Positions 49,193 to 64,000 of a stretch of 64,000 bases of DNA are shown here, piece after piece. Source of the DNA: the human T2T-CHM13v2.0 reference genome, Homo sapiens. The position numbers were made by a program, and so were the translations under genes. Each line of letters opens with the position of its first letter. The stretch's first letter is position 1. The notes beneath the pieces are model-generated. The model did no database searches. It was not told the DNA's origin and was given only the letters and a program-made list of their open reading frames with translations. Location of the stretch: assembly GCF_009914755.1 (NCBI RefSeq), contig NC_060942.1; one strand, given 5' to 3'.

Positions 49193-49494
49193 CGAGAGAA
49201 ATTTTGGCTGTGGCAGGAAATTGACTTGGAAAAGAAAAAAAAGGCCCTTGAAAGCAGCTTCTTGGCAACTAAACCCGGGGGGTTTTCTCTTGTGATTCTA
49301 TCTGCTCAGGGACTTCAATTCTCTGGAGCCTCTAGCACTGGAAGGACATTGAGTAAAGTCTGTGGGTGACTTGTGGGTGTCTGAAGTAAGAGTGGTGTCA
49401 TAAACTCTTAAGGCTGGATTTTTAAAAATTTTGTCTATTTAAAAATTCTTTCTTTGTACATCTTTTTCTATTTTTTAAAAAACTAACTTAGTCT

Positions 49495-51040
<1,546 letters not shown>

Positions 51041-52016
51041 AAACTTTAAAAACATAAAAAAAGGATAAAAATGAATATTAATTAAGTAAATTTAATAAAG
51101 TCATGATTTAAAAAAATACCCAACCAAAAACTACATTGGTATATTCTATACATTTGAAAAACAACCCTCCCTCTCTGTCTCACACACAAGCACTCTCTTC
51201 ACAGTAACCCTATTTTTTTAAATCATAAACAGATGATTAGGTAAGTAAGCAGAAGAACCAGGATGAGCTAATGGAATTTTTCATCTTTAGTGTGAGTGCT
51301 GTGTAACACATTTAGTGAGACTGCAGTGAGTCACCTGAAATATGTAGCAAGGTTAAAGTTAAAATGGGTTCTGTCATGTTGTGGTCTGAAAAAGGAGGAA
51401 GCCAAAACCCTTAGCACAAAAGAGTCATTAATTAAAGTCATGGAGAGATGGAAGTTGATTTATCCGTGCCTGAGACATCCACCAAGACAGCGGTGTGGGG
51501 CTGGGAATGGAGGAGGAGAGGGGAAGTGAAGGCCCTAAACACTGAGCTCAGCACCCATCCCAGAAGGGCTTCTTATCTATCTTAGTGCCCAGGGCCCCTC
51601 CACGTGTGCCCAAGTCAGCAAAGTTTAAAGTCTGGGCTGTTAACAGAGAGTGGGTCCAATGGCCTAACATATCTTGTAAGCTCGCTGAGTTTTATGCAAC
51701 CTTTGGGGGCTGTGCTGTAGGATTTGCAGTATGGAGAAAGGCAGCGGCTTCATAAAGTACTCAACTTACAAACAAGGGACAATTAGAGTTGCAGAAGAAG
51801 CAGAAACAGCTCACAGCTCTGTCTTAGTAAGTGGTTACTACTCTGGGGAAAACTTTAACAGTAAATTGTTTACTTAATGGAGAAAAGCGGGACTGACTCA
51901 CAGCATGGTCTTTCTCTGCCTGGCAAATTCCTGTTTGCTCTTCGAGACTCACCTCAAAGCATTACTTCTGCTCTGAAGCCTTCCCTGAGCCTTTTGGACA
52001 GAGTGAAGTTACCCCC

Positions 52017-52430
52017 TGAGATGGTTTAGACATTCTGCACAAATTTCATGTTGAAGTGTAATCCCCAGTGTTGGAGGTGGGGCCTGGTGGGAGGTGATTA
52101 TTAGATCTTGGAGGTGGATTTCTCCTGAATGGTTTAGCACTATCCCATTGGTACTGTCTTTGAGATAGTGAGTGAGTTCTCGTGAGATCTGGTGACTTAA
52201 AAGTGTGTAGCACCTCCCCATTCCCTTTCTCTTGATCCTTTCGACATAGGACGTGCCTGCTCCCCCTTCACCTTCTACCATGATTGTAAGTGTCCTGAAG
52301 CCTCCCTAGAAGCTGAGTAGCTGGCATCATGCTTTCTGTAAAACCTGCAGAACCATGAGGCAATTAAACCTCTTTTTCTTTATAAATTATCCAGTCTCTC
52401 GTACTCCTTTATAGCAATGCAAAAATAGCC
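52017..52430 (+). mobile_element. MST-family MaLR LTR, interrupted at its 3' end by an Alu
   Basis: TGAGATGGTTTAG..AAATTTCATGTTGAAGTGTAATCCCC..AATTAAACCTCTTTTTC; terminal CAGCCTAATA resumes at about 52745. Confidence 0.85.
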
Positions 52431-52741
52431 TGGCTCAGAGTGGTGGTTCATGCCTATAATCTTAGCACTTTGAGAGGCCAAGGTGGGCAGATCATTTGAA
52501 GTCAGGAGACCAGCCTGACCAAACACGGTGAAACCTCATCTTTACTAAAAATATAAAAACTAGCCGGGCGTGGTGGTGTGTGCCTGTAATCCCAGCTACT
52601 CGGGAGGCTGAGGCATAAGAATTGCTTGAACCCGGGAGGTGGAGGTTGTAGTGAGCGAGATTGCGCCACTGCACTCCAGGCTGGGCGACAGAGCAAGACT
52701 CTTGTTTCCAAAAAGAAAAGAAAAAAAAAAAAAAAAAAAAA
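52431..52741 (+). mobile_element. Alu
   Basis: Dimer, poly(A) tail. Confidence 0.9.
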
Positions 52742-52789
52742 GAACAGCCTAATATATCCTCTCTCTGTAAAACTTGTACATAGTTTTAA

Positions 52790-53190
<401 letters not shown>

Positions 53191-53824
53191 TATCTTTCTC
53201 TTTTTAAAATTACTTTGGTGCCTGATACATGGCAGCACTCAGGAGAAGTCTGCAGAAGGACTGACTTGCTGGACAACTGACCGCCAGCCCTGTGAAGAGC
53301 AGTAACAGCAGCCACCTGGGCAGTGTCCATTGAAAGTTCAAGGAAGGTTCCCTTGCCATTCGCACATACACACATTCACAAACTCACACACTTCTTTTAT
53401 ATGCTTAACAATTTAAAATCTCTCAATGGGCCAAGATTTTTTTCTACAACTACTGAGAGCGCTGATGGTGCAAATATCCAAGGGAGAGGTATCACACTAC
53501 CACCGAAGTTAGAGAAACTCTTTTCCCTCCTTCTAGACCCTTACCCTTCAATCTATCATAATTTGGCTTCAGGCTCTAATAATCCACTGAAATTGATCTG
53601 GCGAAGGCCACTGTTTTGGACTTCTTGAATTTTGTACCATGTGTAAGTATTATGTATTCAAAAAGAGTTGCATTTAAAAGTTCTGAAGAGAAAGTGCTCT
53701 GGGCAGTCAGGTGGTTCTGCCATGACTTGCTGGGTAGCTGTCTGTGCCTCAGTTTTCTTCTCTCTAAAAAATGAGACGGCTCAAGATCACCATTTGAGAT
53801 CACATCCAGCTCTGAAAAAAGTTA

Positions 53825-54365
<541 letters not shown>

Positions 54366-54761
54366 CTATGGGAACTCATGTCTCCTCCCTCTCATTGCCC
54401 TTGGTTACTCGCCCACTACAGGTTGTCAAAGCTCGACAGTGGCCCCGGGTGAAAGGCAGGTGAAAAGCACTCTTGTAGCTGTCATTTGACACAGAGAAAC
54501 AGACTAACAGCCAAGGATTTTCTAACAGGCTAGAGATGATTGCAAGGAGAGAGGCCAAATTCTGTCACTTTTAAATTTCTCCCAGTGAAACAAGTAACAA
54601 ACCATGAAACACTGTTTTTACTCACTTTGAGCAGTGTAAATACAGATAAAAACAAGATCAGAACTCAATCTAAATCAAGATTCTAATGAATCTAAGAATC
54701 TAAATTAGAATCTCATCTGAAAATTAAGCATTCTGGAACCTCGAGAGAATCTTCAACTCAC

Positions 54762-54870
54762 CAACTTCAGTGCCTTTTCCCAGAGTGAAGGTAATTCCAC
54801 ACCCCTTGATTCCATCTTCTGCATCAGTTTCTATGACGACATAGGCAGCCGAGTAGTCAGGGTCCGTGTG
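54762..54870 (-). CDS. ENOSF1: ENOSF1 exon 2
   Basis: ctgcag| HTDPDYSAAYVVIETDAEDGIKGCGITFTLGKGTEV |gtgagt. Confidence 0.97.
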
Positions 54871-55034
54871 CTGCAGGAGAGGAGTTCCCCGCCGAAACAA
54901 TGCCAGTGTGAGAAACCCGAAAAGAACCATGAGAATGATGTCACATGAGGACAGACAATGCCACAGGGGCCGTGCCACAAGAGCTCCCATAGAAGGAACT
55001 GTTGCTATACCCCAAAGAAAACAAAGGGCTCTGA

Positions 55035-55620
<586 letters not shown>

Positions 55621-56146
55621 GAAGGGGCTCAATTTTAAGCCAAGGAGTTTTCACTCGCAGCTATCTCTGTCAGCTTTTTGAACAAAGTTACATTCACAAG
55701 CAGCTTCAAATTGAACAAGCCAAAGGTTCAGAAAACTGTTGCATAAAATTGGAGTGATCTCACTTATAGCAGTTTATAGCAGGGCTGAAAATACACTGGC
55801 AAAAGTTCACACACCAGTGGGGGAAAATGAAGAAGTAAAGCTTCGAGATTAATTCACTCATTTTTTGTTTTGTTCTATGTCATGGAATAATGGAGACTCC
55901 AAAAAGCCAGGCAGAAGATGTGAATGCATTCATAAAGAAGAATTGTGCATAAGGCTATGAAAATTTATTACTGTTATTATTCTATAATATTTATTGTGCC
56001 AGACACACTATATTCTAAGAGCTCCACATGGTTTAATTTAATCTTATAACAATATTATAAAGTAGGTGCTCTTATCCTTATTAAAGAGGAAATGAAGTTT
56101 TAAGGAGCTTTAGTAATTTACAAAAGGTCACACCACAAGTAAATAA

Positions 56147-56456
<310 letters not shown>

Positions 56457-57784
56457 CAAGTAAATTATGAAGGCAGATTTTAAATCCCTGTATTGGGGTG
56501 TCGTGGCTGAGGGAGCTGTATGTGATGGCTGGGAGCCCTGAGTCTGGTATCACAGTCCAGTGGCAGGAAATCAGTGTGATGCATCGCTGAGCACCAAGTA
56601 CGTGTCAGAGCTGGTGCAGCTTGCTAGGGGGTTACAGATACGTCTGCCCTTGAGGAGGTTACATTTGAGAAGACCTGCTTATAGAACGGGCATGCTGGCT
56701 CATACCTGTAATCCCAACACTTTGGGAGGCCAAGACAGGAGGATTGTTTGAGCCCAGGAGTTCGAGACTAGCCTGGGCAACAAAGCGAGACCCCATCTCT
56801 AAAATAAATAAATAAAAAGACATGGTTAAAAAAAAACCTTAATAATATAAGGCAGAAAATGCTAAGGCCTGGGAGGGATGCAAACTATGAACGACTGGCA
56901 GAGAGCGCTGTTAGCTGAATGTGCTTCTTGAAGAGGGAGAGCGCTTTATGATGAAGACAGAATGTGAGCTGGCCGGTCAAGGAAGGGGAGCTCCTCAGCA
57001 GTGGGAAGGGGAGTGAAGAGTCTGGGAGGGAGGAATATCTCAGGCAAGGTAGCAGCAGCAGCAGTGCAGAAAGTAAAGGGGTCAGAAGAGGGAGAGACTG
57101 GAGTGTATTCAAGTGTTGGTGCCCACCTGGGTTGGCTGAGCCATTGGGTTCCTGAAGGAGTTGAGCGATGAGGCTGAGAAGGAGACTCCAAGAATTAAAG
57201 ACCCATCGGCAGTTTCTGGGTTCCAAGAAGAGGAAGCAATGGAAAAAGGAAACCTTGCACTGAAGCCTCAGATGAGGGTCAACAGGACGAGATGAGCCAA
57301 AAGTGACTCGAAGCTTTTGGGTCCCTGTGATTAGCGGAATGATCCAACATGGGTCAGGAGGGAGGGGCGGCAGAGAATGGAAGTTGACTTCCGATTTAGA
57401 CAAACTGCGTTTAGCATGAAGGTGAAAAACCAAACAGGAAGTATCCAGACCTATAAGTTAAGGAGGCAGATCCGGAAATGAGATCTGGGAGTCTCCGGCA
57501 TAAAGGGTGGCACCGAAGTCAGAATGTGGAGAGGGTCTTCATGGGAGTGTGTAGGGAGACCGGAAAGACACTGAGGCCTGAGCCTCAGAGAGGGAAGAAG
57601 GGGCCAGTGGAGGAAGAAGGAGCTGTCAGAAAGGCAGGAGGCCACGAGGGGAGAGAGCACACGAAGAAGAGGCGGCCGACAGCGGAAAACGTATCTGAGG
57701 GTAAGGACAGCTGAAGGAGAAATAACAAGGGCAATTCACAGAGAAGAAAGGAACAGAAGTAGATTTCAGATTAAGAAGGAGGTA

Positions 57785-58074
<290 letters not shown>

Positions 58075-58417
58075 GCAGGAGTCTTTAGCAGATTTTGAGG
58101 ACAGCTTTATTGCTCTTTCTTGAAAATATCCTACTTCTGATCAGGGAGGCTCACTTTGCTAAGTGCTGATGGTCCAGCATGCCTCGAGGGCATGTGAAGC
58201 CATCTCCATGGTGAACTGCAAAACAGCTCATTCTAATAAGAAGGCACTTGAGAGCTGGCACACAACATACACCCTATCTCCCCAAGATAAAATGCTTAAG
58301 TATTTATGAGCTTGCAATACAGGTGTTAGATAATGTCTCCTTACCCTGTGTTAGACATCACTCAGGCCCAGAGGCAAATTCCATTTCTTGAATTATTCTA
58401 CAGTAAACCAGGCTGTC

Positions 58418-58965
<548 letters not shown>

Positions 58966-59280
58966 CTATAGCCAACTTTACTGACGGCCTTCTCTGAGCC
59001 AGGCTCTTTACAGGTATCTCATTTACATGTATAAAGTGAATATTATTATACCCATTTTACAGATGAGAAACCTAGGCTTAGAAAGATTGTGTGACTTAGC
59101 CACAGCTGCTAAAGCTTCACAGAGGCAAAGGCAGTTGCATGAGATCGAGTGTTTGGATTCTATAAGCCAGTAAAATTTCCAACATTTATTTTGAGTTCCA
59201 TAAAGGATTGCCTGCTGGGTGTTTAAGTTATTTACCAACATCATGTAAGAAAGGAAACATGAAGATTTTAAAGAGGATGA

Positions 59281-59485
59281 CAGCCTGGGCCCTGTCTCTA
59301 CAAAAAATACAGAAAGTAGCTGGGCATCATGGTGCACACCTGTAGTCCCAGCTACTTGGGAGGCTGAGGTGGGAGGATTGGTTGAGTCAGGGAGGTCAAG
59401 GCTGCTGTGAGCCATGATAGTACCACTGCACTCCAGCTTGGGCAACAGATAAGAGACCCTGCCTCAAAATAAATAAATAAATAAA
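59281..59485 (+). mobile_element. Alu, 5'-truncated (J-like)
   Basis: Right arm plus (TAAA)n. Confidence 0.85.
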
Positions 59486-60641
59486 TTTAAAACATAAAAT
59501 AGAATAAAATAAAAATTTAAAAATGCAGGATGAACTTAATCTCAAAAAGGACATTGTTTTGCATTTAATAACTTTAACGAGAGATCTATTTTTATAAAAC
59601 ATTTCAGGTACAAAAAGAGTATAGATAATGTAATGGACACCAGCTTGCCATCCACCCAATTTAGGAAGTAAAACATTACAATGGGAATTAGAGACCTCGT
59701 GGTCCCCTCCGTGACCCCATTTCCTTCCCTCCCTACTGGTAACCATTTTCCTAACATTGCCGTTCCTCACTTCCCAGCATACTTTCACACATTCACTACA
59801 TACCCATACAACTCTGCTTTTCTAGCGCGGCCAATCTCATCAGTGGACTACGACGGGCAGTGAGGACCCAGTGGGGAACAGGCTCCCTGAAAACCCTGCA
59901 CAGAACCCACTGTATTTGGGAAACACCGCTCTAGACGGGGGCAGGGGAGGGAAGGCCTGACATTCTAACACCCTCAGTAAGCAAAAAAGACCTTCAATAT
60001 TTAGGTAGGAGTCAGAGTTCCTGCCCTTACTTTATTACATCTCTTAAGACGAACTGACATTTGCATCAGTCCTTTCTAAGCGTGTTTGCGGGTAATTTCA
60101 CGAGAGCGCCCTCTCATGTGACGCAGTTAGCACGCGCTTGGTTTCTCAACCCGACTGTGACACCTTCATTACACAGACGGGTCCAAGAGACCCAGAGAGG
60201 TCTGGAACTTCTCCAAGTCACACAGCAAGTTGTGGAAGCGGGATCACCACTCAAAACTCCCAGCCCCGGGCTTCCCGTTCTCCCTCAGCGCCAACCCCGT
60301 CGCGTTCAGGGTACAGAGGAAGCCAGCGAGCACTGTGCTCTAGGGTTTCCACTGGCGGGAACCCAACAAAATCATTTTGCTGCTATTGCCTATTATGCAT
60401 TCTACCATTTCCAGCAAAATGTGAGTCGTAAAAGTAAAACCAGGATATTCTAAACTCCAGCAAAGAAAAAACCCAGGAGAGTGGAAAGTTTCTGGATACT
60501 TATACAATTGCTCCAAGGCATGAAAAGCGAGTGTCTCCCCCAGGCGCGCCTCCCACTTTACAGAAGCAATGGGTTCGAAGTCGGGAAGCTGCCCGGGGCC
60601 CGCAGAGCTGCAGTCGGGGCGGGAGGGACCCGGGCCGCAAG

Positions 60642-60899
60642 CCGCGCTTACCATGGCGTCCGCGCTTACCATGGCGTCCGCGCTTACCATGGCGTCCGCG
60701 CTTACCATGGCGTCCGCGCTTACCATGGCGTCCGCGCTTACCATGGCGTCCGCGCTTACCATGGCGTCCGCGCTTACCATGGCGTCCGCGCTTACCATGG
60801 CGTCCGCGCTTACCATGGCGTCCGCGCTTACCATGGCGTCCGCGCTTACCATGGCGTCCGCGCTTACCATGGCGTCCGCGCTTACCATGGCGTCCGCGC
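60642..60899 (-). repeat. ENOSF1: Perfect 18-bp VNTR, 14.3 copies, spanning the ENOSF1 exon 1 donor
   Basis: (CCGCGCTTACCATGGCGT)x14 at 60642-60893 plus partial CCGCGC; reads (VSADAM)n on minus strand. Confidence 0.98.
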
Positions 60900-60969
60900 C
60901 GTGGCCCCCAAGCGACGTGGGGAAGCGCACGTCCCGGACCGAGAGCCGGGAGATCCTGCCGCGCACCAT
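60886..60969 (-). CDS. ENOSF1: ENOSF1 exon 1 (to first donor)
   Basis: MVRGRISRLSVRDVRFPTSLGGHGADAM |gtaagc; 13 further identical donors follow. Confidence 0.93.
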
Positions 60970-61592
60970 GGCCCCTGCGCCCCGTGGCCGCGGCCCCCGT
61001 GCGGTCAGGACTGGTCGGGATCCCGAGCGCGCGGCGGGAGGGCGGGAGGGCGGGAGCGCGGCAGCGCCGCGAGGCGGGGCACCGTCAGGGCATAGAGGGC
61101 GCTCATTGGCCGCGCGGCCGCACCCCGTGAACTTGGCCCCATGGGAGCTGCAGTCCCAGCTCCGGGCTCCCGGGGGCGCACTCCGCCTTCCGCCGTTCCC
61201 TTCTCAGCCTAGACGGAGCTGACCCCGAGAGGGTTCGCTCAGGGTCGCCGGGGAACCTGGGCAGGCAGGAGGCCTCGCGCCCGGTCGGCGCCTCCGCGGG
61301 ACCCTGCTCTGCTCGGATGGAAGACTCGTGAAGGGACCTGCCCGGGAGCCGCGCCCTAGAGGGAGAAGTCGGGTCTGAGCGAGTGCATTCGCTCAGCGGC
61401 AGATTCCGGCCAGTGGCTCAGCTCCCAAGCCGAGGCCGCTGGTTGTCGCCAGCGTACCCAGGAGAGCGGTGCCCTAGAAAATGCTAGGTCTCTTTCAGTG
61501 CCCACAGCCTCAGTTTGCCACCTGATAAATTAAGAGGCAGGTCATCATTGATTACACCCGTACTGATGCAGATGAGGTCCCCGTACCGTGCC

Positions 61593-64000
<2,408 letters not shown>

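Larger units (their letters stand above)
60280..61460. promoter_or_regulatory. ENOSF1: ENOSF1 CpG island / promoter
   Basis: High CpG density around ATG 60969; GC boxes at about 61034-61080; CCAAT (minus strand) at 61105-61109. Confidence 0.85.

Noticed and set aside
60642-60899. 18-bp array as a CRISPR-like locus
   Set aside because: Units are contiguous with no spacers, context is a human gene, and there are no cas genes
60481-61222. Plus-strand ORFs with RAYHGV, LPWRPR and MASALT repeats
   Set aside because: Other frames of the stop-free 18-bp VNTR; no independent evidence of an antisense coding gene

Overview
Human genomic DNA, recognisable as the TYMS-ENOSF1 locus (chr18p11.32). The + strand carries the complete 7-exon thymidylate synthase gene (CDS 6075-21275, 313 aa) with its CpG-island promoter, a three-copy 28-bp 5'UTR enhancer repeat (3R, G allele) and the 3'UTR 6-bp insertion allele. 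The - strand carries the complete 16-exon ENOSF1/rTS L-fuconate dehydratase gene (CDS 60969-22583, 443 aa), convergent with TYMS, plus the TYMSOS antisense ORF over TYMS exon 1/intron 1. The rest is intronic and rich in Alu, L1, LTR and DNA-transposon relics. I verified exon boundaries by GT/AG sites, phase and translation; repeat subfamily names and boundaries are approximate, and rsIDs and literature links come from memory and need checking. Most striking structure: a perfect 14-copy 18-bp array at ENOSF1 exon 1 in which every unit is both an in-frame 5' splice donor and a strong-Kozak ATG. Also notable: a candidate poison exon in TYMS intron 1, a 114-unit GATGGT/GATGGA repeat grown out of an old L1M 3' end, a tandem double hairpin in ENOSF1 intron 3, an inverted-Alu palindrome upstream of TYMS, and a twin-primed Alu. 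The locus is well studied, so true novelty is uncertain.
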